Below are positions 31,546 through 42,805 of a stretch of 64,000 nt of DNA, one piece after another (positions within the stretch are counted from its first letter, which is position 1; each line of letters opens with the position of its first letter). The stretch is from Thermodesulfobacteriota bacterium (GTDB lineage Bacteria > Desulfobacterota > Desulfarculia > JACQYL01): the NCBI GenBank assembly GCA_963675595.2, contig CAXXLZ010000001.1, positions 1,440,001 to 1,504,000 of the forward strand, read 5' to 3'. The translations under genes and the position numbers were made by a program. The notes beneath the pieces are model-generated. The model had not been told where the DNA came from. It did not search any database and saw only the letters and a program-made list of their open reading frames with translations.

Positions 31546-33999
31546 CTAGAAATCCTCCAGGTCATCCTCTTTCGGGAGAATCAACTCCACGGGTTTAGCC
31601 TCTTCCCTTCTATCCCGCCTTTCCGGGCGTCGGCCCGCGGCTATCGGCAGGAGATTGTGCTGTCTTCCTGCATGAGCGCCGTTTTCCGGCTCTCGGTGAA
31701 GCCCGGCTTTCTCGGGGCCTTCGACCAGGCTCATGAGTTCAGCTACGGAGACCTTGGTGGTTCGGCATTGAGCATGCATTTCCTCTGCGGCCCCGGCCGA
31801 CCGCTCGGCGCCGGCCACGTTGGCCTGGATCACCCTGTCCAACCGGCTCACACCGACGCTGATCTGTTCGATCCCTGTGGACTGCTCCTCGCTGGTCACG
31901 GCAATCTCCGAAACAAGATCGGCCGCCTTCTCGGCCGACTCGGCTACTTGCCCAAAGGCATCCCGAGTCCGATTTACCTGCCCGGCCCCCTGGTTGATCC
32001 TCTGGACCGTCTCCTCCACCAGAGACTGGGTATTCTCGGCCGCCTCGGCCGCCTGCATGGCCAGATTGCGGACCTCATCGGCCACCACCGCGAAGCCGGC
32101 CCCGGCTTCTCCGGCACGGGCCGCCTCCACGGCCGCGTTGAGGGCCAACAGGTTGGTCTGGAAGGCGATTTCGTCTATGGACTTGACAATCTTGCCGATT
32201 TGACCGCCGGCCCGTGCGATCTGCTCCATGGCCCGGGCCATCTCCGACATGGACAGACCCGCCTCGGCAATTACGTCCCGGGCTTCCTTCATCAACCTGT
32301 CGGCTCGGCCTGCGTTATCGGCATTGCTTTTTGTCTGGGAGGACATCTCCTCCAAAGAAGATGCGATCTGCTCCAACGACGCGGCCTGCTCACTCGCCCC
32401 CTCGGCCAGACCCTGAGAGGCTGAGGAGACCTGGGTGGAGGCCGAGGCGATTTGATTCGTCCCGTCGCTGATAATCCCGGAGATCCGACGCAAAACGCCG
32501 GTAGTCCCCCGGATGATGCAAAGGGCCAGCAGGATGCCGGTGACAATGGCCACGCCTCCCACTACAAAGACGTTGAGCCGGGTACCTTTCGCCGCGGACA
32601 GCATGGCTTCGTCGGTCATGAGGTGCCTTTTGGCTTCCGCCCTGATCCTGTTCAAAAGCCTTTGCGCCTCGCTGAGGCTTGGTTGGGTCTCGGCGGCATA
32701 GATCGAGGCGGCCTCCTGGGCGGCGGCAACCAGCTTTTCCTCGGCGTCGATCAGCTTCTGGAACTCATTGCGGAGAGCGGACAAACTGGGCAACGTTTCT
32801 CGCTCGTACACGTCAAAGGCCTCGGCAAACCGGTTTTCGCCCACCAGTTCTTCTAAGGCGGCTGCGGAACGGTGCATCCTTTCGTGGGGGCCCGCCACAT
32901 CTTCGAAGAATGCGGCCAGAGCCGGAAAGCGGTTTGCGATGCCCTGGATTTTGGGATCGCTGATGAACTCGGCCAAAGCGCATTTGCCGGGATCCAGCTG
33001 CACTCCAAGCTCGAACGGTCTGCCCGCCACAATGTCCGCGGCTCGCGCCATAAGTCCGGGGTTCTTTTCATCCAGGTAAATCCCGGTGCCGATGACCCAG
33101 CTCCAGGGCTTGAACAGCTTCACAAAGGAGAGTTTGGGCACCGGCTCCTTGGCGTCCGGCTTGGGCCAGTAGTACATGACGAAGCCCTCACCCCTGTTTT
33201 CGGCCACCTCGACAAAATCCATGAAAAGCTTCTTGCCTCTGGTGTCCTTGAAGCCGCTTAAGTCCTTGCCATCGAGTTCGGGTTTGTACGGATGCATCAC
33301 CATGAACGGATGGAGGTCATTGATCCAAAGATAGTCCTTGCCTTCCGGGCCGTACCGTATCTCCTTGATATATTCCATGGCCAGCCGTCGGCGTGCCGCG
33401 GGAGTCAAAGTGGTGTCTCCCGCATACGCGGCTATCTGTTTTACCGCCTGCTCCACCACATTGCGTAGGACCGCCTGATCCGTTCCGAATCTCACCGCCT
33501 CCTCGGCCAGCCCATGGGACACCTTGTTGGCCCAGAATAGATGCTTGATCAACACGCTGTAGAGGCCTTCCATCATTCCAGGATGAGGCTGGCGAAAGAT
33601 CTCGGCAATGTGCGCCGCGGAGTCGTGCAACCTCAAGTGGGGGGCCTCCATATCACCAAGCAACGGCCTCAGGCTCGGCACCTGGGTTTCGGCCGCCTTT
33701 CGGCCTTCTCCATAGTACCATGTGCCGAATCCGCACTTGTGGGGATCGAGTTCCACTTTGAGTTCGGCAATCTTGGGGTCGGTCAGATAGGCGTTGACCT
33801 GCTGGGCCCAGTTCAAATGATCGATTTCTTTCTGGGCCAAAATACCGTCCAACCTGTTCCCGTCGATCACCTCGCCGGCGTTGAGCACTATGTCCCCAAC
33901 CCCGGTAAAACAGAGCAGGGACGACAAAGCCAGAAGCACCAGCACAACCGCAAACCCCAAGGTGATCCTTTTCCCGATGGTTATGCTCCTCCAGGACAT
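31546..33999 (-). CDS. Methyl-accepting chemotaxis protein with extracytoplasmic CZB, Cache and CZB domains
   Basis: [23 protein letters not shown]; CZB motif H..C..H..H (DHLNW, CGFGTW, PHLRLH); single Cache (YLWIND..MHP..WVIGTG). Confidence 0.93.
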   Translation of the reverse strand: MSWRSITIGKRITLGFAVVLVLLALSSLLCFTGVGDIVLNAGEVIDGNRLDGILAQKEIDHLNWAQQVNAYLTDPKIAELKVELDPHKCGFGTWYYGEGRKAAETQVPSLRPLLGDMEAPHLRLHDSAAHIAEIFRQPHPGMMEGLYSVLIKHLFWANKVSHGLAEEAVRFGTDQAVLRNVVEQAVKQIAAYAGDTTLTPAARRRLAMEYIKEIRYGPEGKDYLWINDLHPFMVMHPYKPELDGKDLSGFKDTRGKKLFMDFVEVAENRGEGFVMYYWPKPDAKEPVPKLSFVKLFKPWSWVIGTGIYLDEKNPGLMARAADIVAGRPFELGVQLDPGKCALAEFISDPKIQGIANRFPALAAFFEDVAGPHERMHRSAAALEELVGENRFAEAFDVYERETLPSLSALRNEFQKLIDAEEKLVAAAQEAASIYAAETQPSLSEAQRLLNRIRAEAKRHLMTDEAMLSAAKGTRLNVFVVGGVAIVTGILLALCIIRGTTGVLRRISGIISDGTNQIASASTQVSSASQGLAEGASEQAASLEQIASSLEEMSSQTKSNADNAGRADRLMKEARDVIAEAGLSMSEMARAMEQIARAGGQIGKIVKSIDEIAFQTNLLALNAAVEAARAGEAGAGFAVVADEVRNLAMQAAEAAENTQSLVEETVQRINQGAGQVNRTRDAFGQVAESAEKAADLVSEIAVTSEEQSTGIEQISVGVSRLDRVIQANVAGAERSAGAAEEMHAQCRTTKVSVAELMSLVEGPEKAGLHREPENGAHAGRQHNLLPIAAGRRPERRDRREEAKPVELILPKEDDLEDF

Positions 34000-34544
34000 C
34001 TTTTCCCTCCCATCGATTCAGTTGACTCGCCTCAGCCCTATCGGTTCGAACCCTTTGCGAGGATTCAAGCTTCTATATGTGAGCTCAACCCGTTTGCATG
34101 CTCCGGTTTCCGTGTAATTATGCCGCCCCGCCGGTCCGTCGCGTCACCACAGGTTGCGGGAGTTAGTTGACGATTGAAGATTTGTGTCGGGCTTTTTGCG
34201 AGCACCACGGATAAATCGGCACTTATCCTGTTACCATCGTACGCTGCCGCCGAATTTATCAAGAAGGATCGGATGATGTGGAGTCGCCATCCTCTGCGCA
34301 AAAAGCGGTAAGTCAATCGCGCGTCGAGGAAAGCCGATGCCCGAAAAGACGCGGACTGCAGAAGCGGACCCGGATAAGGGTCCAGTCCCATATATTATTA
34401 TCTAAATTCGATCCAAGAAATCGATAAGAGTCTGCGAGAAACAGTCAATGAGCTTAGGGAAAGATAGGATAAAAGACTTAGGGTTTGGTATTCTTGAAGA
34501 AGAGAGAGGTGTAGGCAGTCATTTCTGGCACAGCGACAGGAAGT

Positions 34545-35204
34545 CTATTCGTTTGAGCGGAACCAATCCACTGCGAAACGCGTCAGGTCGGAGGCGTTCG
34601 CAAAACCAAGCTTTCTGCGCATGTTGAGGCGATGTGTTTCAACGGTCTTGGTGCTGAGAAAGAGTTCCGTCCCGATTTCTCTGGGTTGCAGACCTTTCCC
34701 GATAAGACGGAAGACCTCGAATTCCCGGCCGGAAAGGCGTTCGACCGGGGTCATGGACGCTCCATTCTGATTCGGCCCCACGTGTTGCCGAAGCAAAGCC
34801 GCGTTCATTTCCTCACTGACATAGACACCACCCGCAAGTATCCGGCGAACCGCCGCGATTACCTGTCGGACGGGCTCCTGCTTCATGAGATACCCCCTTG
34901 CGCCGGCGTGCAGGGCCCGCTCAGCATAAAGAGACTCGTCATGCATCGAAACAATCAAAATCGGGATAGGTCCCAAACGCTTGTGGATATCCCGGATCAG
35001 GTCGAGACCGGTGCTCGATTTGTCTTTGAGAGCGATATCGAGAACCACGAAATCCGGGGGACTGGTAGAGACGGCGTCCATGACCTCCGAGCGGGTTCCG
35101 GCTTCCCCGCACACCTCGAGATCGGGTTCTCTTCCAATCAACTGAGCGAGGCCGTGCCGCATGGCCGGATGGTCGTCCACGATCAATATCTTGGTCACCT
35201 TCAT
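34545..35204 (-). CDS. NarL/LuxR-family response regulator
   Basis: LIVDDHP...LDIAL; HTH LSGREFEVF..STKTVETHR; ATGA overlap with the kinase stop. Confidence 0.95.
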   Translation of the reverse strand: MKVTKILIVDDHPAMRHGLAQLIGREPDLEVCGEAGTRSEVMDAVSTSPPDFVVLDIALKDKSSTGLDLIRDIHKRLGPIPILIVSMHDESLYAERALHAGARGYLMKQEPVRQVIAAVRRILAGGVYVSEEMNAALLRQHVGPNQNGASMTPVERLSGREFEVFRLIGKGLQPREIGTELFLSTKTVETHRLNMRRKLGFANASDLTRFAVDWFRSNE

Positions 35205-38200
35205 TGTTCCCATCCAGATTCGGCGTGCACGACTTGTCCGGCGTCACCACCGCCGAGAAGACACCTGACTTCCGTCCCCTCTCCGGGCAGGCTTCGGATA
35301 TGAAAATACGCGCCGATGGCCTGGGCACGCGAGCGCATCACCGTCATGCCTATTCCACCCTCTATTCGGTCGAGATCGTCCATGTTGAAACCCTGTCCAT
35401 TGTCCTTCACCGAGAAAACAAGCCAGCCCCCAACCGTTCCCCAAGAAACTTCGATCTTGGTGGCTTGCCCGTGACGCAGGGAGTTGTTTAGAGCTTCCTG
35501 AAAGATTCGATATAAGTGGTGAGCATGAACCTCGTCAACCGGTTCGAGACCGTCATCAAAGAACGCCCGGATGTCCAAATCAGGCTGCCGGCTATTCTCC
35601 AGACAAGAGCGGTAGACCGCAGCAGAAAAGCTCTTGGCGTCCAAGCCCACGGGAAGCAGCCCGCGAGCAATTTCATATGCTTTTCGAACCGCCAGATTTG
35701 CCTGCCGTCCCACCGACGCCGCCCGCGCCGCGGCCGTTGGGTCGGTATGCGTCAGCATGTCATCCAGAAACGCCGTTTCGAGTTCCAATCCTTTCAGGTC
35801 CTGGCAGAGTCCGTCATGAAGTTCCTGGGCGAGCCGTTTTTGCTCACGCTCCGAAGAGTCCATCAGTCGCCTTTCCAGCTCCTTGCGCTTCGTCACGTCC
35901 CTGCCGACACTTTGATATCCATCAACGGTCCCGTCCGACTTGAGTATGGCCCGGTGGGTCCATTCCAGCAGGCGAACGACGCCGCTCCCGAGTCTTGATC
36001 TATGCTGATAATTCATAATAGGATTGGACGCGTTCAAGGCACCGATTTGTCTCATCACGAAATCCCGATCCTCTTCAGGCATGAGGCAGAAAAAACTGCT
36101 CCCCAGAAGTTCTTCTTCCCGCTTTCCAAAGAATCTGCAGAAGGCATTGTTCATGAAAGCGAGAATGCCGCTCACATTGAATCGACAAATGAGTTCCGTC
36201 TGATCATTGACGACGGCGTTGTAGCGGGATTCGCTCTCTTTCAGCTTCCGAGCGGAGGATCGGATTTGTGTGACGTCGCGAACAATGGCCAAAACCTCGT
36301 TCTTTCCGCAGGGAACCATCCGGCTCTCGAATTCCATCGTTTCGCTTCCAACATTGAGCGCATAGTCGTAAAGCTGGACTTCCCCACTATCTATTGTAGC
36401 CCGGTATTTTTCCCTTGTTAAGCCGACCAAATGTGGTGGAAGCAGTTCCTCTGCTCTCTTTCCCACGATCTCATCGATCGGTGCGAGCAGCAGTTCGGGA
36501 GTGCTTGTCTGTACGTCGACAAAACACATGTTGGAGTCGATCCGAAACAGGAGATCCGGCATGGCCTGCACAATGCTGCGGTAGCGCGCTTCACTGTGCA
36601 CGAGCGCCTGTGTCTGTTCCATTCGCAAAACGAATGCGGCATACAAGCGTGCGGCGACCTTTAAAGCGTCGAGTTCCGACTCGTTCCATTCACGCTCCCG
36701 CCTGCAGTCGTCAAAACCAATGAAGCCCCACCATTTACCCTCCACGTGAATCGGCACAACGGCGATGGATAGAACACCCTGATCGGAGACAAGGTGCCGT
36801 TCTTCCGGCGGCAGAAGGCGAACCGGTGAAGCAATCGTTCGACCGGCCTCTAATTCCCGCCGCCATCTGCCGTAGCTCTGCTCATCGTAAGCAATGCGCT
36901 GTAATTTGGTATTGGCGATCTGTGGAGAAACGTCTCGATGCGCCCACTCGTGGCGTTGGGATGTCAATATACGCCCCAGGTGATCCCGCTGATTCTCAAA
37001 AATATAGACGCGCTGTACGTCGGCCGCTTCACCGATATACCTCAGCGAGTCTTCAACTCCTTCCCAAGTCCGTCTCTTTAATTCAAAATCTGCAATTTCG
37101 CTGATGCCGCTCAATATCCGTTCACGGCGAAGAAGTTCCGAGTGGAGTCGGGTCGCCTCTTCTTCAGCAGCCTTTCTGGCCGTGATGTCCGTGAGCATCC
37201 CCAAGACGCCCTGTAAGCTGCCTTTGTCATCGAGAACAGGATTGGTATTTACGATCGCCCACAACGCCGTGCCATCTTTCCTGCGAAATCTGAAATCGTG
37301 CTGTTCCCTTATCCCTCGACGTCGTCTCTCGAAATAGACTTCCGCCTCGGGCACTTCACCTGCATCCATGAACTCAAGGAAGGAATGCCCCAGCACTTCT
37401 TCTTTAGTATAACCCAGTAGTTCACTCATTTTGCCGTTCAGGAACGTCGTCTCACCTTGACCATCCAACATCCATATGCCTTCTTGAGCCGTTTCCACGA
37501 TATTTCGATATTTCTCCTCACTTTTCCTCAATTCTTCTTCATATGTTCTCCTCAAGGTAACATCACGGTTCACGGTAACGCCGCCGGAGATGCTTCCTCC
37601 CGAGTCCCGAAGCCATGAGACCGATGCTTCAATGTTCAAGTCTTTTCCTGCCTTGTCGCGCTGAAGGATTTCCCCGTTCCAGTGACCGGTCTTTTCGAGA
37701 ATCGTCCTAGCCCCGTCGAGACTTTGGCTACCCCACTGCGTTTGAAGCAAGCCGTCCAAGTGCTTGCCGACGGCCTCCTCAGCACTCCATCCGTAGATTC
37801 TCTGTGCCGCAGCATTCCATGAAGTGACACGCAAACCCAAATCCGTAGAGACTATGGCGTCCGACACCTGATCAAGAAGTGCCGCTTGTGTCCTTAGAAC
37901 CGCTTCTGCTCGTTTGCGTTCGGAGATGTCCCGGACGAAGGCGATGATGCTTCCCCCTGCGTGGTCCATGTAACTGCAGCTCAGTTCAATTTCGATCAAG
38001 CTTCCGTCCCTGCGTCGATGGAGCGTTTCGAAACGATCATACCCTATTTTCTTGATCTCGTTGATGTGTCGGGACGTCTCTTCACTAGATTCACGCCCTT
38101 CGATATCGTGCACGCGCATCCCGATCAGCTCGTGGCGCGGATACCCCAAAATAAAACTAGCTGCTTCGTTGACATCCAAAATTCGACCACCCATATCCAC

Positions 38201-39045
38201 CATCACGAATCCGTCGATGGCCGTCTCTAAAATACCGGCGTATTTGTCGCTCTGTTCCCGAAGTCGCCGTCCCAAAACATCGAGTGGTCTTTCGAGTCCT
38301 TCTACGATGAGCCCCCTGTACAGCAACAGGAAGGAGGCCACTTTGAGAAGATGGCCGATCATGTTCATGATCGCATAAGGATCATCGTACAATGTGAAGG
38401 AAAATTCGGAAAGAATGGTCAGTACGATTGAAGCGAGCAGGAAGGGAACAACGCCCTCTCCGAAAGATTTGCGGCGGCGCCAAATTAGAAGACCCGCAAC
38501 ACATAGCGTGACTATAATGACGTACTCGCTGGTCACCTTGAAAGGGGTGAGCCCGGATTGCTCATCAAAACAAGCGGGAAAAAGGTCCCACCAAAAGATG
38601 GAGCATAGGATAACAGCCGTCGTCAACGACAGGAGGACAACCCCAGTCCACGGCTTTCCAAGACTGCGATGCGGCAATGAGGTTTCGTTGACTGTTGTGG
38701 AAAACGGCAGGTAAAGCAGTGCCCGGCTTCCAAGTACCGAGCGGCAATCCATAGCTGAGTCGCCTTGTCGGCTCCATCATAGGAAAAAACGCCCATCCCT
38801 TTGTAAGCCAGTGTGTGGAGGAGATCCAGACCACCGACAAAGGCATAGGCGATCCCAACGATAACAAAGCCCGGCAACGTATTCAAACGCTGTGCATTCC
38901 ACATCAGCAGAAACACGCTCCAGGCTACGGCCACCGCGCCCAGCTCCACAAGGCTGTGAAACAGCAAATAATTATACCGGCTGAGTAGAAAAGCTCCCGA
39001 TAAAACACCTAGACCTAATACAAGGCGAGCACGGCGGCATGTCAT
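35201..39045 (-). pseudogene. MASE3-PAS-GAF-PAS-HisKA_3 sensor kinase with a frameshift near 38722
   Basis: The MASE3 N-terminus (YLLFHSLVEL..LHTLAYKGM..QLWIAARY) is in a different frame from the rest; one extra G in GCCGGG restores LEAGALLYL. H-box AQELHDGLCQ. Confidence 0.85.
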
Positions 39046-39431
39046 GGGAACGCTCCCCCGTAAACCATTGCTGAAGAAGCCCGAGAGGTCGGTTGGCCGA
39101 AGACATCCATCCATTCGGGTGCCTCAAGGCATTTCATCATCCAACCGCTCATCACACTTAGCTGAAGCGGAATGACACTACCCCGCCTGTTGTGAGGTTC
39201 CTTTTGATGGAAATCCTAGGATCCCGTGATTATGTCGCTCAGCGACATCGGGGTCAACCCGGGGTACTCACTCGCCATTCCGGAGTGCTTCGTAAAAATG
39301 CTATGTACAAAAAGGAGGCGGGTGTGCAAATTCGAAGCTAAAGGAAGATGGAAGCAATTTGAACCGAGGACGGCTTGCCGCCGTCCTCCTTTCAGTGAAA
39401 GCACGCTAAGCAATGTTCTCCTTCCGTGCTA

Positions 39432-39866
39432 CTACTCCTGGAACCCCATTCCCGATCCGGGATTTCTCCACAAAGGTCGGTCGTCGTCCCCCCGCAAGGG
39501 AACCATCTCACCCTCGATGACCACGGCCGTGAGGATATTGCGATCCACACCATTGTAGGATACCGTGAAACCTTCCACCGTCACCGTCTCACCCACCACG
39601 GGTTTGTCCACCCCCAGGGTCTCCCAGTACCAGTCGGGGCCAAGGCCGAAAAAGGTTACGTTGCCCTCGGCAAGAGCGATCTCCAGACCTTCTCCCAGTA
39701 TCCCCACTGTGACCACGTCACCCGTGTATGTAAAAGGGGTCTTCTCCAGGGTGGAGCACGATCCGTCAAGAATCCGGGACCGTTCCCCGGACCAAGCCGT
39801 GGCGGCGGCCAGACACAAAACCAAAACAGCCAACTTCACAACAAACATTTTTCTTCCCACCATCAT
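39432..39866 (-). CDS. Exported hypothetical protein (possible OB-fold)
   Basis: Signal peptide ending ATA; LGPDWY...VGETVTVEG...LRGDDDRPLW; RBS AGGAG. Confidence 0.75.
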   Translation of the reverse strand: MMVGRKMFVVKLAVLVLCLAAATAWSGERSRILDGSCSTLEKTPFTYTGDVVTVGILGEGLEIALAEGNVTFFGLGPDWYWETLGVDKPVVGETVTVEGFTVSYNGVDRNILTAVVIEGEMVPLRGDDDRPLWRNPGSGMGFQE

Positions 39867-40118
39867 TTTTCAAGTCTCCTTATGTTGTTGGATTCATCGG
39901 CTATACCGGCGAGGAAGCCGGAAAGTCACAGTCGGCGGATACATTTTTCACGCGGATATTGCCCCCTCGGCCCCCCCTTGCGAGCCGACCATGGAATAGC
40001 CGGTTCGTATCGCAATCCCACGGTTTCCTCTATTCCGATCCCAGGGCGAGATTCAACGTGGACGGATCGAGAACTCGAGGCGGATTGCCCAACGATTCAA
40101 TAACCTCCGGTAAGCCGG

Positions 40119-40991
40119 TCACGAACCAGCCGCCTGTACGAATTCGATAGGTGCGAGAGGCTCTTCCGTTACTTCTCCCCTGAGAGACTTAAGCAGCACC
40201 ACCGCCTCCCAAAAGGTGCGATGAACCAACTTCTCTTTGAGTCTAATGGCGGACTGCAGGAGTCTAATGGAAGTTTCCTTCTCTTTCATCTCCGCATGTA
40301 CGATTGCCAAGTTGTAGTACAAGTGTGGGTCGAAAGGATTGACCTCCAAGGCTCGAAGGTAGGCCTCAATCGCCCTTTCGTACATTCTCAATCGTCTCAA
40401 TTTGATGCCACACTCGTTGAAGAAATGTTTGTGTGCTTCTATATAAAGTTCCGGATTGTTGCATAGGTCGTCGAATATCACCCGTGCCTCTTCATACCGT
40501 TCCAGTTTGAATAAGGCTTTGGCCTTTCCCAAACCAGCTTCCACGTTCTTTGAATCGATACATAGAGCGCACTCGTATTCATATTCGGAGCTGTAATACT
40601 CTTTGTCCTTGTAATGTTGCTTTCCCGCTCGAATGTGTGATTCCAACATACTGATTTTTTTGATAAGTTCAGTATATTCGGTGACATCTTTGCAGATGTA
40701 TCGACACCGAAGCGCCTGTTCCGTGTTGATTCGATCCTGCAATGGTAGAATACGTCCTGTGTATTCAATAACATAGGCGCAGATCAGACCTTCCTCATCC
40801 GGTAGAAAGTCCTCGATAAAGTAGTCGATGATATGGCTGCTCTTCTTCGAGGTTTCTGCGGTACCGATACTGGAAGCAATTTCCAATCGGTACACACCCG
40901 CTGGTTTTCGCTCAAGAGCCAACTCTGAACATGGCCCTTCCGCAGTGCTTCGGCTTCTCCGTTCGGATTTCTCATCCCCTTCGATTTTCAT
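40119..40991 (-). CDS. TPR-repeat protein
   Basis: Several TPRs (FNECGIKLRR..YERAIEAYLRALEVNPFDPHLYYNLA); RBS AGGAG/AGGA before ATG 40991. Confidence 0.8.
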   Translation of the reverse strand: MKIEGDEKSERRSRSTAEGPCSELALERKPAGVYRLEIASSIGTAETSKKSSHIIDYFIEDFLPDEEGLICAYVIEYTGRILPLQDRINTEQALRCRYICKDVTEYTELIKKISMLESHIRAGKQHYKDKEYYSSEYEYECALCIDSKNVEAGLGKAKALFKLERYEEARVIFDDLCNNPELYIEAHKHFFNECGIKLRRLRMYERAIEAYLRALEVNPFDPHLYYNLAIVHAEMKEKETSIRLLQSAIRLKEKLVHRTFWEAVVLLKSLRGEVTEEPLAPIEFVQAAGS

Positions 40992-41354
40992 TTTGATCCT
41001 ATCTCCTTTTCGGCACGTTGCGAAACGCGCGACCGGAACACCAGATCCAAAGCAATGACATACACGGCGAACAATTTTCCGACAATACAGTCTGTTGAGT
41101 GCCTCCACCCACCGGAAGCATTCACTTCCCGATCTTTGCACAATGAGTGCCAGGCCGTCTGAAGTCTGGGATTGGGAAACGGTCGTGATACCCGCCTACA
41201 ACGAAGCTGGATTTCCGGATATTGCGAGATTGGAAGGTCTCTGTGCCAAGGCAGAGCTCAAGATGTCGAGACTTCGAGGGGGCTGTCCAACGGACCCGCC
41301 ACTATCATTTTGATAGTGGCGGGCAACATCGTGCCATGTCTCGGCCCTCACAGC

Positions 41355-41381
41355 TGCTGGACCAAAAACCGGGGGCTTAAC
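41355..41381 (+). repeat. Solo IS3-family right inverted repeat remnant
   Basis: TGCTGGACCAAAAACCGGGGGCTTAAC is nearly identical to 53496-53522. Confidence 0.7.
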
Positions 41382-41780
41382 TCCGCCGCTCACTCTGAAC
41401 CGGCCGATCGGGAAGAGCCGTGAAGATTCTTATGAATGAAGGTCAAGGGCTTCAGAGCTGAAGGCCTACTCAAGTGGGGGCACTCAGTGTTATCTCGGAG
41501 CGTTGCAGCTCGATAATACAGGTGGTCGCGGGCTCGGCTGATGGGTGCGATAGCTGAAATGAGCCGGGGATCCCCCTGATGATAGCTTGCGGGTTCCCTT
41601 CTCAATCAGAATGAGAGAGCAGCGGGTTGCCGGAGAAGGCGAAGAAGCGGAAAGCGCAAACTGAATGACTCGCTCTTGCGGAATTTCGTGGGACGTCGTC
41701 GTCCAGGTTTGAAGCCGCCTTCAGTGCAATCCCAAACACTTGGCGTTCACACGATCATGACCGTCCCCCATGGCGGGGTA

Positions 41781-42755
41781 TTATCGGCCGTTTTCCAGGA
41801 CGTCGAGAAAAACATCGACCAAACCGGGGTCAAACTGCGACCCTTTATTCTCCACAAGGATACGTTCGACGGTCTTCAGAGGCATCCCCTTCCGATAAGG
41901 GCGATCTGAAGTCATGGCGTCATAAGCGTCCGCGATCGAGATGATCCGCGCGCACAAGTGAATCGACTCGCCGGCCAGTCCGTCCGGATACCCTTTGCCG
42001 TCCCACCGCTCGTGATGCTGTCGAATAAACAGCCCCGCGGTTTTCAGGTGGTCGACTTTGCCGGCCAGTTCGGCTCCCAACACCGAATGCCGTTCAATGA
42101 TCTTCCTTTGGTCCGGATCGAGTGGCCCCCTGGCCAAAAGGATATCTTCCTTGATCCCGATCTTACCGCAATCATGGAGAATGCCGGCATATGTAAGATG
42201 TGACATCATTTCGCGATTTAAGCCAATGCGACGGCCGATCATCAAAGAAAAGTCTCGCACCCGCGCGCAATGGCCCTTGGTGTAAGGATCCTTCAACTCT
42301 ATGGCCTCGGCCAGCGCCAATACCGTCTGAGCCGTTGAGTTCTTCAATCGATTTCGTATCGTAGTGTGGTCCAAACCCACATGTTTTCGCGCCAGTCCTT
42401 CGCTTACAGCACTCTGCAGTTGCCGATCATCCCAAGGTTTGGTGAGAAAACGAAACACTTCTCCCCGATTGACGGAGTCCAGAATGATATCCCGGTCCGC
42501 ATAAGCGGAGAGCATAATTCGGACCACCTCCGGCTGTTCGTTTTTCACCCATTCGATGAGTTCCAGTCCGTCTTTTCCAGGCATTCGAAAATCGCTGATA
42601 ATAAGATCAATGGGCCGGTTCATCATGATGTCTTGGGCTTCAGTGACGCCTCCAGCCTCAAACACCTCATATTCATCCGATAATAATGCTCGGTACAGAG
42701 ATTTTCGAACATTGTCCTCGTCATCTACAACCAAAATACTTCTTCCGAAGTCCAT
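41781..42755 (-). CDS. Response regulator with HD-GYP phosphodiesterase domain
   Basis: REC plus HDCGK...HHERWDGKGYP...DAYDAMTSDRPY. Confidence 0.93.
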   Translation of the reverse strand: MDFGRSILVVDDEDNVRKSLYRALLSDEYEVFEAGGVTEAQDIMMNRPIDLIISDFRMPGKDGLELIEWVKNEQPEVVRIMLSAYADRDIILDSVNRGEVFRFLTKPWDDRQLQSAVSEGLARKHVGLDHTTIRNRLKNSTAQTVLALAEAIELKDPYTKGHCARVRDFSLMIGRRIGLNREMMSHLTYAGILHDCGKIGIKEDILLARGPLDPDQRKIIERHSVLGAELAGKVDHLKTAGLFIRQHHERWDGKGYPDGLAGESIHLCARIISIADAYDAMTSDRPYRKGMPLKTVERILVENKGSQFDPGLVDVFLDVLENGR

Positions 42756-42805
42756 TCGAAGTCTCCATTTTTCTGCAATTCCACAAAAGAATCAGGAGCG
42801 GATCA

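Noticed and set aside
31369-32424. 351-aa plus-strand ORF, and many similar long antisense ORFs over kinases, MCPs and transposases
   Set aside because: They are shadows of GC-rich genes on the opposite strand and carry no protein motifs.
41560-41670. c-di-GMP-I (GEMM) riboswitch suggested by GCAGCGGGTTGCCG
   Set aside because: The upstream GCAAAC..GAAA..GACGCAAAG core is missing and there is no downstream plus-strand gene.
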